From the human T2T-CHM13v2.0 reference genome, Homo sapiens, in NCBI RefSeq assembly GCF_009914755.1, contig NC_060927.1: DNA of 64,000 bases; one strand, 5' to 3'. Under the pieces are notes generated by a model that was not told the DNA's origin, did no database searches, and worked only from the letters and a program-made list of their open reading frames with translations. The number at the start of each line of letters is the position of its first letter. The stretch's first letter is position 1. Below are positions 13,645 through 27,828 of the stretch, in pieces. Both the position numbers and the translations under genes were made by a program.

Positions 13645-15415
13645 GAAATTGGGCACCCTGCTTCAGCTGAGGCGAGTGGAAGAGGGCATTTGTTGTCTCC
13701 TCTGCTTCTCAGCTCGTGAATGCTGCTGCTCACTCCCTCTTCAGAAGTCAGGCGGCCTCTTCTCTGGGGAGCATCCCTCCCTTACACACTTTGCAAAGTG
13801 CTAAGCTAACTCGAAGCACTCAAAAATCAGAAGCAAATCCATTTGCTAAACCCAAGCAAATGGAAAGGCAGGTTGGGGCTCTTGTTTACGAATCAGGCAA
13901 AATATGGAGTTGAACTATCCAAGTGTGGTTGCCGTTTGTCACTGAGCACTCTTCTTATTTAATGGAAATGTTACATTGTTGGGAGAGTTTTAGAGAGAGG
14001 TAGGTCCCAGAGACCCTTGATAAAACCAAAGAGAGGGGCAGATACATCTTATTCTTTACTCTTTATTTGCTTGGAAAATAAGATGCTTGCATTAAGATTT
14101 GGCATTTTCAGGGAGTCATGCAAGGATGCAGGGTCTGCTGGAGGTTAGTTGCAGAAGGCAGAGCCGTGTGGCATTGGCTCTGCTGGTGATGACCTCATAA
14201 CACCCTGCGTGGGAACTTGGCTGTGCTCATGGCAGCCCAGCTTCCCATTCTCTGCCTGTTTTCAAAGCCTAGATCTTTAGTCTTGCAAACAATTCCAAAA
14301 GTGTGCATATCCTTTCAATATACCCCCTTTGGTACAGACTACTACCTTTTCTGGCACACCAAAGAAAAATTAAATTCCCTCCTCCCTCCTGCCCCAGTCC
14401 TCTAGAGCAAAATCATGAGAAACTGGCCTGCTGTTCCATTTCAGCCATCATCTTACCTGAGATGGACACTGGTTCATTTCTCATGTGATAGGAATGTCAG
14501 TACTCCTTCAGCCCCATCATGATCTGAATTAAGTGCAGGTTTGTTTTCTTTAATGCGTTTGAGGGAGGAGTTTGAAGGAGGTGACCAGTTACTGATGTTT
14601 TTACCACACAAGTAATACATGAATGCATGCTTCTCATGAAAGATTCCAACAAGGCAGGAATATTCAGGGGAAAACATGATAGACTCCTCCACTGCAGGCC
14701 CCCATCACTCTTGCTTTACTCCAAGGGGCAAGCACTATGAACACTGCTTTGCATTTGTATAGTCTGTACACATTTAAAACACATAAATGGGAATACTATG
14801 AATTTTGCTTTGTGACTTGTTTTTTCAATGAACAATTTGGGATAACTTTCCATAAAGGTTCAATATATTCTTCTAATGACTGCATAATATTTTTATACTA
14901 TATTTTATTTAATCTCTTCCATTTGAGAGTTCCTAATTTTTCATTAGTAGAAAAAATATTCCCATGAACACCTTGTATATTTATGTTCATATGTCAATTT
15001 TTTTCTAGAATACATTTTTCTAAAAATTGAGTTTTTTCTAGAATGCGATTACTGAATCAAATATAATACATGTTTATAGTTTTGATAGATGTCATCCAAC
15101 AGCTTTCCAAAAAGTCTTCACCAATTTACAATCCCTCTAACAGAATGGCCTAGAGTTCAGTCCTGCAGCCCTTTCAATGACTTTATAGGCATTTAACATT
15201 TCTGCTTAAAATTGGCAAAGTGGTTTTGATTTCCTGCAACAGAACTCTGCTCAAGATACCGTGCTATGATCTTATGATTCCTTTGCTTAAAACACTTCTG
15301 TGACTACCAAACACAGATCAAACTAAAGCATTATATGCTTACCTTGAGCTCCATCTTTACTTAAGGATCCACCACAGCTGCTCTTGCCTCTGCCATCAAG
15401 AATGACTCAGCCGCC

Positions 15416-15711
15416 TGCTGGGTATGAGGGCTCACGCCTGTAATCCCAGCACTTTGGGAGGTTGAGGCAGGCGAATCACTTGAGCCCAGGAGTTCAAGAC
15501 CAGCCTGGGCAACATGGTGAAACCCTGTCTCTACAAAAATACAAAAATTAGCCAGGCATGGTGGCACATGCTTATAGTCCCAGCTAGTTAGGAGGCCGAG
15601 GTAGGAGGATTGCTTGAGCCTGGGAGGTCGAGGTTGCAGTGAGCTATGACGGTGCTGCAGCTCTCCAGCCTGGGTGATGGAGTGAGACCCGGTTTAAAAA
15701 AAAAGAGAAAA
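15416..15711 (+). mobile_element. Alu (AluJ-like)
   Basis: Dimeric Alu with GAGCCCAGGAGTTCAAGACC and A-rich tail. Confidence 0.92.
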
Positions 15712-15962
15712 GAATCCCTCAGCCTGCCTTTCAGGTTTTCCAGAATTTGGCTCCATTCCCCATTAGTCAGTATGGTTCCCCTGGTTCCTCACATCTATTC
15801 CATGCTCCAAATGAATGTGTCTCCCACTGATCTGCTGTATCTGCAATGTGGAACTATCTGGTACCCACCCAGATATACTTGTATCTTCAGGTCTCTGCCT
15901 CTTCCTGTCCTAGGCTCAATTGCCTCTCTCAGCCCCAAACTTTTCCTTTTTTTCTTTTTTCC

Positions 15963-16253
15963 TCTTTTTTTTTTTTTTTTTTGAGATGGGGTCTCGCTCT
16001 GTTGCCCAGGCTGGAGTACAGTGGCTCACTGTAGCCTCTGCCTTCTGGGTTCAAGTGATTCTCCTGCCTCAGCCTCCTGAGTAGCTGGGATTACAGGTGT
16101 CCACCACCAGGCCTGGCTAATTTTTTGTATTTTTTAGTAGAGACGGGGTTTCACCATGTTGGCTAGGCTGGTCTCGAATGCCTGACCTCAGGTGATCCAC
16201 TCACCTTGGCCTCCCAAAGTGTTGGGATTACAGGTGTGAGCCACCGCACCCGA
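15963..16253 (-). mobile_element. Alu (AluS-like)
   Basis: Poly(T), then GAGATGGGGTCTCGCTCTGTTGCCCAGG...GAGCCACCGCACCCG. Confidence 0.92.
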
Positions 16254-16914
16254 CCACCCCCAACATTTTCTTATCTGTGCACACCAAGCTCAGTACAGCC
16301 CCACTCCTTTGAAGGCTGCCCCGGGGATGCCAGCTCACATTTCTCTACTTTTGTGTGTGCTGTGCTCTGCTGCACACTGTCCCACTCGCTACTGGATCTT
16401 AGCACTTGCTTGTAATAGAATGTAAAGCTATTATTTGATAATTATTTAACATATGTGTACATTTTGTCCCAATTTAGAATGTAAGGCCCTTATGTGAAAG
16501 GTACCATATCTCGTTTTCCCTTTGTAGTCTTAAATGTTTAAAACAAGAGAAAAGAAAGGATATTTATTAAATACCTGCCATGGATTAAGTGCTTTTTTAA
16601 CCATGACCTTATTTAATATTCACAACAATCCTGGAAAGATATTTTCATATTTCAGAGATATTAAACAACTTTGCCCTGAGAAATCCCCAAAGCTGAAATT
16701 CAGAATTGACTCAGTCCAGTGCCATAGTGCTTCTTTAATGTGATGTCTGGCCAGTTGCCCTCTAGGACTTTATATACCAGAGTGGCAGAGGTGGTGGACA
16801 CTTACTATGGGTAATTAACTAATGAAAAGTGAAAGTATGCCTTATTTGCCTAGAAAGATATTTCAGGACTCCCAATGTATTTACTCTGTATGCTTTTATT
16901 TTCCTTCAGATATT

Positions 16915-17160
16915 AAAAAACTTATTTTGAGATCATTTATGATTTACAGAGGAGTTACAAAAATAGTGCGGGGTTCCCATATACTCTTTACCAAGCTTCC
17001 TCTAGCATTAAAATCTTAAATAACTACAGTATAATTATGAAAACTAAGAGATGAACACTGGTATAATACTATTAACTAAACTATAGGCTTTATTAGAATT
17101 TTCCCAGTTTTTGTTTTTTTTACTAAGTGTCTATTTCTATTTCAAAATCCAATGCATCAT
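16915..17160 (-). mobile_element. L1MC-like 3' end (likely continues at ~19070-19440)
   Basis: TTATTTTGAGATCATTTATGATTTACAGAGGAGTTACAAAAATAG, the same family of 3' end as at 2590. Confidence 0.6.
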
Positions 17161-17164
17161 ACTC

Positions 17165-19062
17165 AGTCACTCTCACCACTTCTATTTAACACAGGACTGG
17201 AAGTCCTACAGCAATTAGGCAAGCTAGAACAACTAGGCAAGAAAAAGAAATGAAAGGCATTCAAATTGGAAAGGAAGAAGTAAAATTATCTCTGTTCACA
17301 GATGACGTAAACTTACAGGTAGAAAATTCTAAAGATTGCACAAGTAAACTGTTAAGTAATAAATGAATCGTGCAAACTTGCAGGTTACAAAATCACCACA
17401 CCAAGAAAACAGCTGCATTTTTATAGACTAGCAATGAACGATCTGAAAGGACCGTTTACATTAACATCAAAGAGAATAAAATAGTAGGAATACACTTAAC
17501 CAAGAGGGTAAAAGATTTGAACACTAAAAACTACAAAACATTGCTGAAAGAAATCAAAGAAGATGTAAATAAATGGAAAGATATACCATGTTAATTAATT
17601 GGAAGACTTAATATTGTTAAGATGCCCATACTACCCAAAGTGATCTATGCATTCAAAACAATCCCTATCAAAATCTCAATGGCACTTTCTTTACAGAAAT
17701 AAAAAAAATTCCAAAATTTATATAGAACCACAAAAGACCATGAGTAGCGAAGTCAATCTTGAAAAAGAACAATAAAGCTGGAGGTATCAGCTTTTGGAAA
17801 TATTTCCTGATACTTTAAAATCAGGAAATACTCCTTATGCCACGCACAAAATTTTGAAATCATGAAATACTTCTTACACCCTGCACAAAAGTTAACTCAA
17901 AATGGATTGAAGACTTAAACATAAGAGCTAAAACTATAAAACTCTTAGAAGAAAACACACGAGAAAAGCTTAGTGACTGGATTTAGCAATGATTTCTTGG
18001 ATATTATGCCAAAAAATAGATAAATTGGATTTCATCAAAATTAATTTTTTGTGCATCAAAGGATACTATCTAGAAGATAAAGGCAACCTACAAAATGGGA
18101 GAAAACTTTTGTAAATCATATACTGGTAAGAGATTAATATCCAGGATATTTAAAGAACTCCAAAAACTTAGTAAAAACCACCACAACAAAGCAGTTCAAT
18201 TAAACATGAGCAAATGACTTGATACTGATATTTCTTCAAGGGAGATATACAAATGGCCAAGAAGTACATGAAAAAACACTCAACATCAGAAATCATTAGG
18301 GAAATGCAAATTGAAACCTCAATGAGGTACCACATCACGCCTCTTAGGATGGCTATTATCCTCAAAACAGAAAACAAGTGTTGGTGAGAATATGGAGAAA
18401 TTAGAACCCTTGCGTATTGCCTTAGGGAGTATAAAATGGTGCAGTCACTGTGGAAGACAATATGGCAGTCCCTAAAAAAAGTGAAATGTAAAACTACCAT
18501 ATGATCCAGCAATTCCACTTTTATGTATATACCCCAAAGAATCAAAAGCAGAGACTTGGTCAGACATTTGTACTGTAAAGTCCATAGCAACATTATTCAC
18601 AATAGCCAAAAGGTGGTGGAAGAAGCTCAAATGCCTATTAATGGATGAATGGATAAACAAAATGTGGCATATGCATACAATGGAATATTATACAACCTTA
18701 AGGAATGAAGTTTTTATGCATGCTGCAACATGTATGAACCTTGAAAACATTATGCAAAGTGAAATAAGCCAGACACAAAAGGATAAATGTTACGTGATCC
18801 CACTTATATGAAGTATCTAGAATAGTCAAGTTCATAGAGGAATGAAAGTAGACTGGTGGTTACTAGGAGCTGGATGGAGGGGACAATGGGGAGTTATTGT
18901 TCAAAGGGCATGAACATTTCAGTTCAGAAGGATAGAAAAATTCTGGAGGTAGATGGTGATGGTTGCATAATGATGTGAATGTACTTAATATCATTGCATT
19001 GTACACCTAAAAAGGATTAAGATGGTAAGTTTTATGTTATGTATATTTTGCCAGAATAAAAT
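17165..19062 (+). mobile_element. L1MB-like ORF2 3' part and 3'UTR
   Basis: ORF2 RT-region DNA (AAAGGCATTCAAATTGGAAAGGAAGAAGTAAAATTATCTCTGTTCACAGATGAC) through the L1MB-type end (GGTGATGGTTGCATAATGATGTGAATGTACTTAAT...AATAAAA). Confidence 0.85.
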
Positions 19063-19971
19063 AGCCATAAGTTCACACTGCTATCTCTGGCTCCAATCCA
19101 GCCCCACAGGGTTTATTCTAGCCATCTCCCTTTCTTTATTGATAACTTCTTTCTCTAACAGAAATAAACTTGGTTTTCATTATCTATAATATGTTTACTT
19201 ATAATGTTCAACACTAGCACACAAAGTAGTTTCAGAATTGCTAACTTAGCACGCTTGTGAGAAACAAATTTACCAACTAGAGTACAGTATTTATGTACAT
19301 TCTTTTTGTCTTTAGCCTTATAGTGTCCAGTCAAGATACTGTTTTCCAAAGTGACTTAGTTCAGATCCTTTCTTCCTCACCTTCTTCAATGTAGTTATGT
19401 CATTCATTTGTAATTCAGTTAAGTTCATTTGTCACAGTGCTTACTGGACAGCCAATGAGGTCATGCATTTGGAGTGCCTAATGCACTACCTGGCATGGAG
19501 AAGGGCCTTAAGAAATATGAGCTGAACCTGAATTTGTGGCACTGATTAGTGCTGTCCATCAACCTCATTACTTTGGCTCCATGAAATGTCAAAAGAGCTT
19601 TGACCAGGTTTCAAGTGTCTGTGACTCAGAACTAAGGTAACTGGCCCACAAGAATCAAGTCAGAAGTGCTGCCCTCATTAGCATCATGTTCTAGACAGCT
19701 GAGCCACTTATCATAGGACAACAAATCTGGGGGTTTAAATGGTGAATAACAGTGAAAGATGTGAATCATGCAAGGGACAGAAGATTTCAGGGGTGTAGAA
19801 CTGTGCAGAAACCCAATGCAATCAGAGCTGATTCCCTCATGTCCTTGTCTCCTGAAATAGCCCACAGTTCTCCACACATTAGCTCTTCCACATTAGTCAC
19901 CTCTTGATTTCTGTAGTGGATTCTGATGCAGTTCACCAGTGCCAAATGATGCATCTCCCTGGTCACTTGAA

Positions 19972-20360
19972 ATTCAGTTAGGATTTTTTTTGGTTGCAGG
20001 CAACAGGAACCAATCCTAGCTAACGTAAGAGAAAAAGAAATGTGCTGGAGGCTATGAGGCAGCTCACAGAATTAAAGGAGCAGCTGTTGGATCTTGTTTC
20101 AGGACAACAGTGACTGGGGAAACCCCAGGAAGCACAGTAACAGGAACCAGCCATCACTGTGTCCAGGGCATGGCTGCTAGGATGAGTCAAGTCCAGAAAC
20201 TTCTTTATGTGTCTCTCCCCTCAAGATTCAATTCTTGAGGGTTTCCCTTGGCCATAGCCTGGGTCACATGCTCATCTTTGGTGGGAAGGCAGAACACCTT
20301 GAATAGAGAGTCCCCAGTGGGAGCAGGTGGTAAACCCCAAACAGCAGATGTTCACTACAT
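19972..20360 (-). mobile_element. MLT1 (K/L-like) LTR
   Basis: TCAGTTAGGATTTTTTTTGGTTGCAGGCAACAG is a reverse MLT1 3' end. Confidence 0.6.
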
Positions 20361-20744
20361 TCTATGAGGTACTCATCTTCCTCCCATTTAATGTGAGAAA
20401 TAAGTTAATTTATCAATAAAACAACAAAACAATAGACTCCCCTTTTCCATGTTTCCTACAAGTATTCCAATCCTCACTGCCAGGGCTGTTATGAGCAGGT
20501 GGGGTTGGCTTTGCTGTTGTCTGAGTGGTGTTCTGGGCCATCCTTCAGGGCAGTACAAAACCTATGGTCAGGACAGGTCCCTCAGACATTTATCCCACCT
20601 CTTTTCAACCAGCCCTCTGCTATAGGGCTTGGGTGTTGGTTTGAAGCACTAGGATTTTCCCAATTTCACATTTTATGAAAACCTCAAATAACATCCAACT
20701 AGAAATTAGGTTGGGTATGAGAGTCAGTTTAATCCAATACCAAG

Positions 20745-21190
20745 CTTAAGAGCATAAGCTTTGTAAGTAGAATGACTGGAGTTCAAATCCTGATGTGACC
20801 ACACACCGGCTATATATTCTTTGATGTTATTTAACTTCTTTAAGGCTCAGTTGCCTAATCTGTAAAATATGGAGAGGGTCTAGCAGAGTCAGAGGTAGGA
20901 GCAATGGGTTTAGATACTTGGGTTGATTCTCTGGTGCACACTCATTAGCTATATGATCGTGGGCAAGTTACTTAGTGTCTTTTCATCTTTTCCTTATCAG
21001 TAAAATGGGATAATGGTAGTACCTTCTTCCAAGATTTGATCTGAGAACTAAATGAAATAATGTGCATAAGTTGCCAGTGTTGTTATTAACACTGAGTTTT
21101 CTGGAGGATTACATGAGCTCCTGTATGTGAGGTGCTTGTCGTAAGTCCTTCCTTGCTAGGGCAAGACCTTAGTAAATGGTGGCCACTGAT
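20745..21190 (+). mobile_element. Clustered or nested MIR copies
   Basis: Two MIR cores (TTTAACTTCTTTAAGGCTCAGTTGCCTAATCTGTAAAAT; GGGCAAGTTACTTAG...CAGTAAAATGGGATAATGGTAGTACCT) plus a MIR 3' piece. Confidence 0.7.
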
Positions 21191-22493
21191 ATTGTGTGGC
21201 TTCATAGCTGTTTGTGAATTTCCTGTTTTTCCTTACATTGGTAAGGAAAAACAAAATTACATTGGTGTGGGTAATTGAGTTGCTGTGCATGTACATATAT
21301 ATTTTAAGCAAATTTCTTCATATCTGGTAGGAGATTCCCCATTGCTGTTGTTTTCTTCAGATAATTCTAAAAGATTGCAAAGACCTGAGGAGACTTTTAG
21401 AAAAATGTTTATAGACTGATTTGATTTGACAATCAAACTGCTTCTTGAGTTTCTGAAATGGTGAGACTTGTCCTTCCCTGCAAGACTCTTTTCATTTTTA
21501 CAAGGTAGAGCTGAGAATGTATTCTCATAATTTAGCTGAAGGAAACAACAGACAGCCCTTTTTTGAAAAAGTCCGAGTTCTTTGTCCCTGGTTTCCCAAC
21601 AGATTTGCTGAATTCTCCACTTAACTTTGCTTGTGGAAACAGAAATTCTTGACTGTGTCCTGGTACTAGGGGTCACCCACGGATCCCACGAACAGGATTT
21701 GGAAGCTCACCTTCTCATTGGCTGTGGAATCAGGAGGGTTTCTCTTCATAGAACCTGGATTTCATATCTATGTCACACACTCTGCCATTTGGCTTTTTAA
21801 TTCCTTCTGAGTCGCCGGATGCTGCTGTCCGTCCTCACCCCTGTGTTTCTCTATAGGATACCTAACCTCTCCCCGGGGGACTTCGGTCTCTCACGACCGC
21901 CCCATGATTTCCTGCTGATGGTGTCCTTGGGAGGGAAACTGCTCTAAGGGACAAGCTGTTTTGCAGAATTACTTTAACCTCTCAGTCACTGTGTTACCCT
22001 CTCGGTGGGCCCCAGGCCTGTGGCTTTCCGGGCTCCCAGACATTCCTGTCCTCCAAGGGCTCTGCTTCTCAGCTGCATTTCCTGGGGTTCTTTGAGCTTC
22101 CAGTGTGGACCTCCCCGCCCACAGCTCAGCTCTATAACCTTACATCTTCTGGGAAGATTTGCTTTTTAATTATTCAGAACGACATCTTCAGGACTCCTTA
22201 GAAGCTGCCTTGTCTGACAGTGCTTCATGATTCACTCCTCAGTTTCTTTTGTAATTCCTGTGTGTCCAGTAGTTCATACACATTTCATATTTATGACAAA
22301 GCTATGGTTTTCTGGCAAATTTAGTTTACAAAGCAGCTCACACACACTGTCTCCACTGACCCTCATAAGACAGGTGTGAAGCAGGCTGAGCAGAGCTGTG
22401 GCTTAGGTGAGGGTCCAGATTCTAAATATAGTATATAAGGTGAAAATGGCACATGTCCAGAATTACCTTGGAAAATACTGAAATCATCTCTAA

Positions 22494-22961
<468 letters not shown>

Positions 22962-23314
22962 TAATTGTTAAAATTATTATTCTTATTGCTTAACCCATGT
23001 AGTTGGAATTGTCTAAGAAGGGCATGATGTGCATCTTCTAGGTAACAACCCCTTTTTGAAGGAGGAACCTGGAGTGTGGATGGCTTAAGGGACCAGTGCA
23101 CAGCTCTGCAATGTGGAGTGGAGCCTTGAACTCATGCCTTCTGACTCTGATCCTGGTATTCTTTTTTTTTCTTCTCTTGCTGCCTTACTGTGGCTGAAGG
23201 GGATTTAACTATTATTTTCAAACATTCCTTTTACTTAACCATTCATTGTCCATTTCCTTACTTTCCAAGTTTTATATAGGGAAATTTTCCCACTAAAATG
23301 CTGCCAATTTTTCA

Positions 23315-23683
<369 letters not shown>

Positions 23684-26229
23684 TTATGAACTATTTGGCA
23701 GTTTGAAAGCTTCTTGAAATTCATTCCCTTGGGTTTCAAAAATCCACCATTCTTCTGCTAATCTGTAGTATCACCTGGCTATCCAAATAGCTGGGGGCAT
23801 AAACCCATCTGAACACTTGGGGACTGGGGCAATGAAGGGACTGTCCTCTTGTCTTTGGAAATCCTTTTCTGCATCTGTGCCTGAGAGAGCAGCAACTGTC
23901 TTCATTTCTGGGTGAACTGAGTCTGGATCTGGTGAGACTTAACCTAAAAGTTAAAGTACCTTGAACAGGGTAGGAGGGGCACAAGACTCACTGTTCAAAT
24001 GAACATTCACTTTCCCATTCAGAAAAAGAATTTATTGAGCACCTACTGTGTACCCAGCACTGTGCTTGGTGATAGGGAAGACAGAAATTTAAAACCTGGC
24101 TTGGCTAACTTCAAAACAATATTGTTGAAAAGGGGAGAAAAAGTTTTGGGAGTTGACATAGGAATCAATTAGAAAATGATGCAAGTCGCTATAATGACCA
24201 CCATCACCGTAGCTAAATGCAAAGTCCGAGTGGAACTGGAATTTAGAAAAATGAGACAGAGGAAGATGAGATATGTTAGGGAAGTCCTCCTGGGTCTTTG
24301 AAGGCTGAAGGCTATAGAGTATAATGTCTGAAAGGATGGCCTTGATATACAGTAAGACTTGAGTATGAATCACACGCCTCATTTTAGAAGTTGTGTGACA
24401 TTTGTAAGTCACTTCATCTTTCTGAGCTTCAGTTTCTCAGTATCTAAAAGAGGGGAAAGACACTACAGGGTTGCTGTAAAGATTAAGTAGGAAAGCATGG
24501 ATTGATGGAGGTGCCAAGTTAGTTCAATGGGAGAAAATATGGTCTTTTCAACAAATGGTGCTGTGTATTTTATTGTGTGTAAATTATTCCTAAATAAAAA
24601 AAGACAGCGTGGGAAAGTACACAGTACATGGTACCTCCTCATTAATAGTGGCTGTGGGTAATACAGGCATGAACAACAACACTAGGCATTTTAGTTTTGA
24701 CCTCCTACCCCATTAAGCCAGTGGCTCTGTCAACCATCTCTTTTGCCTGTCAGGGTCCTATGGGACTCACACAGGACTCTGGCCAGATGCTGTGATGTTC
24801 TCATTCTCTTACCCCCAATGATGCACTTTGCCCAGACAGTCTTTCTGGATAATTGTTCAGGAATCAAATCTTTCTCTCTCATCTAGATATACATGCACAT
24901 AATATGGATGTTCCTTCCTTCCTTCCTTCTCTCCCTCCCTTCTTCCTGTTTATCTATCATCTTTATCCTATCTCATTCCAAAGCCAGTTTAATGTGGCTT
25001 ATAAAAATATGCCAGCCTTTAGACAAATTAGTATAGGAAACAAATATAAAACCAAAACTACAAAGAAAGAGACATCAGTTGGTCCTGAACCCTTGCTATA
25101 GGCAGGCAACGGATTTGGCTCTGAGCTTCCTTGCCATAGCAACAAAAAAAGGAAATGTGATTAGTTGCTAAACAGACCACAGAGCAGATTCGCTTTATCC
25201 CAAAGTAGCATCTTGAACTGGTATCTGTTATTCAGAGCTCCAGGTTTCCAGTTTGTTTGCCTGAGTGGTGGATTAGTGTAAGGAGAGAAGAAACTGGAGG
25301 TTTTTTTGTGTTTGGCTCAGTTTTCCTGGCAGGGACACACTAAGAGTTTCCTTCTGGAAGTGAATGGTGCTGGGGTTCTCCCTCCAGCAGAGACAGCATT
25401 ATTTGTATTCTGAGCCTCTGTTGTCATCCGCTGTGTGGATTAGCTACCTCACTGCACAGTTCATCCTCATGCTGTTTTTCTGAGATCTCAGTTTTGATGT
25501 TGACACCTTTCCTTGAGTTATATTCTGGCGAGACAAGCTTGTCACTGAATGGCCGATCCCAGCAGAGGTCTTTTTCATTCTTCTTGGCTGTTTTTCTTTG
25601 ATTATGGTAGACATACTTATTCCCTTCCCCTTCTCAGAGTTATTTTAGACTTTGAAACCTCCTCTTAGGGTTTTAACTGGCACTATCAAGCACATAGATG
25701 GAGGCACATTTTAGATAGAGAGTCCTTTCCTAGTGACCCTTTTAAGAGTGAGCTTCCTAAGTGTAGGCACTTGCTGGTCTTGCAATATATTATAGATCCA
25801 TCTTCTGCTTGCCTTAAAGAGTCACTTCCCTTAAGAGTCTGCCATTTGGTAGCTGGAAATGAGATTTTCAGAGAGTTCAATGGAATTAAATCTTGACCTC
25901 CAAGAAAGGGCAGCTTGTAGTATTAAGGACACTGAGGATCAAGCCTGGGTTTTGGGGGAAATGGATTCCAGACTAACTTCTGGATGTTAGGCAGTAAGAG
26001 AACCTTTCTGGGCCTGCTTTCCTTATAGTGCAATGGAGGAAGTAATTTCAGAAGACTGATGTGAAGGCCAAACAAGATGTAAAACTTGACGGTGCTTTGA
26101 AAATCCCAGGGTTTTAAATTGTAAGTATGTAAGGGAGAAGACAAGAGAGAAATATTTTCTAAATTTGAGCACCAGCGTTGAATTTATAGTAAAAATGCAA
26201 AACATTTACTGGAGACCTATGCGAAGTAA

Positions 26230-26255
26230 GTGTGTGTGTGTGTGTGTGTGTGTGC

Positions 26256-26294
<39 letters not shown>
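26230..26294. repeat. (GT)12(GC)2(GT)18G microsatellite
   Basis: Directly read. 65 bp of unbroken purine-pyrimidine alternation. Confidence 0.95.
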
Positions 26295-26296
<2 letters not shown>

Positions 26297-27008
26297 GATT
26301 TTTGGGGCCAGAATTTTTCCTTTAATCTTTCTTTCTCCAAATACTGAACTTCTTCCTGTTGACACTGATATCAGGGCATTTCAAAAATATCTCTTTTCTT
26401 GCCTCCGTTGAGTAATATGTTTCACATAATGAGAGTTTCATAACTCCTCCTGTTTTCGCTTTGCGTTGGCTACCAGCAAACTCAGAGCTATGTCTATTGC
26501 TAACTCTAAATAACCATAATACCCAAGATGCTTGAAACATTTCCTTTTTGCATCTTCTTTTTCCTGTCCTTCTGATTTTTTTGTTGTTGGTTTTGCATTT
26601 GAATGGCCTTATTGAATATATCTCTTGTTATAAGTTGTTGCAGATCTTTTTTGGAAATATAAATACTTTATATAAATTAAGTTGGAAGTGTAAATAATGT
26701 CAACACATAACAGCACATTATAAACACTGTCCTGTGGGCAAAATGAGTTCTGATTCAACATCGCTCTTCTTGTTTCAGTGGCTGAGAAAAGAGCTCTCTT
26801 GAATTCTAAGGCAGCTGTACCAATCAATGGCTCCCACTGAAGGAACTGGGTGCCAGGTGGGAGGCAGCAGGCACTTGAAAATTCTCTAGATTTGTAGAGA
26901 AGGACAAATTTGGGCCAGTTCCTTACTAGCAGCTCAGAATGGTCTCCTCAAGCAGATTTCCTTGTCTCCTTTTGTAAACATGTGTATAGTAAATGCTTGG
27001 CACTGAGA

Positions 27009-27170
27009 CAAGTACTTCTAAAACTTCATAATGCATGTAAATCACCTGGGGATCTTGTTAAAATGCAGATTCTAATTCATTATTTCTGGGGCTTGAGAAT
27101 CTGCATTTCTAACAAGTTCCCAGGTAATGCTGTTGCTGCTGGTCTGTGACCCATGCTTTGAGTAGCAAGG
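27009..27170. mobile_element. MER5A-type hAT-Charlie MITE
   Basis: AATCACCTGGGGATCTTGTTAAAATGCAGATTCT...AGAATCTGCATTTCTAACAAGTTCCCAGGT internal palindrome. Confidence 0.85.
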
Positions 27171-27284
27171 ACCTAGAAGTCACTCAGCTCAATCTGTTGA
27201 ATGGAAGAATCTGACTTGTTCATGAGTCATACTTCCCAGTTTCAGAAGTCGTCATATCAGTGGATCTGCCTTCTCTTAAAAATC

Positions 27285-27497
27285 TGAGATCACATGGACA
27301 CAGGAAGGGGAACATCACACTCTGGGGACTGTTGTGGGGTGGGGGGAGGGGGGAGGGATAGCATTGGGAGATATACCTAATGCTAGATGACAAGTTAGTG
27401 GGTGCAGCGCACCAGCGTGGCACATGTATACATATGTAACTAACCTGCACAATGTGCACATGTACCCTAAAACTTAAAGTATAGTAATAAAAGAAAA
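27285..27497 (+). mobile_element. Young 5'-truncated L1 (L1PA2-like), ~210 bp
   Basis: Very close to the recalled L1PA2 3'UTR end, with G-rich tract and A tail. TSD AAAAATCTGA at 27278-27287 and 27498-27507, with a TT/AAAA endonuclease site. Confidence 0.92.
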
Positions 27498-27828
27498 AAA
27501 AATCTGAATTCTTCATAGTTCCTAATTTCTAACTATCTTCCAAGCATTTTCTGCTAAAAATTTATTATCTCTTCTACCTCGCAATGAGCTTCCTCCTTTC
27601 TTTCTTTTTCTCCAGATCCACACCATATTCTGAAATCCATTCCCAAAGAGGATATGCTGTGAGCTGTAGTATCATTAGATAGGAGTCCAATCTCCGTAGT
27701 CTTAGAGATCGACTGGCTTGTACTTTCTCATAGACCTGGGGGGGTCTCACAAGGCTTTGCACCTATTGGGTGCTTCCTAGATGTTTATTGACTGATTGAT
27801 AGACCTGTGATTCTAAATGTTTTAGATA

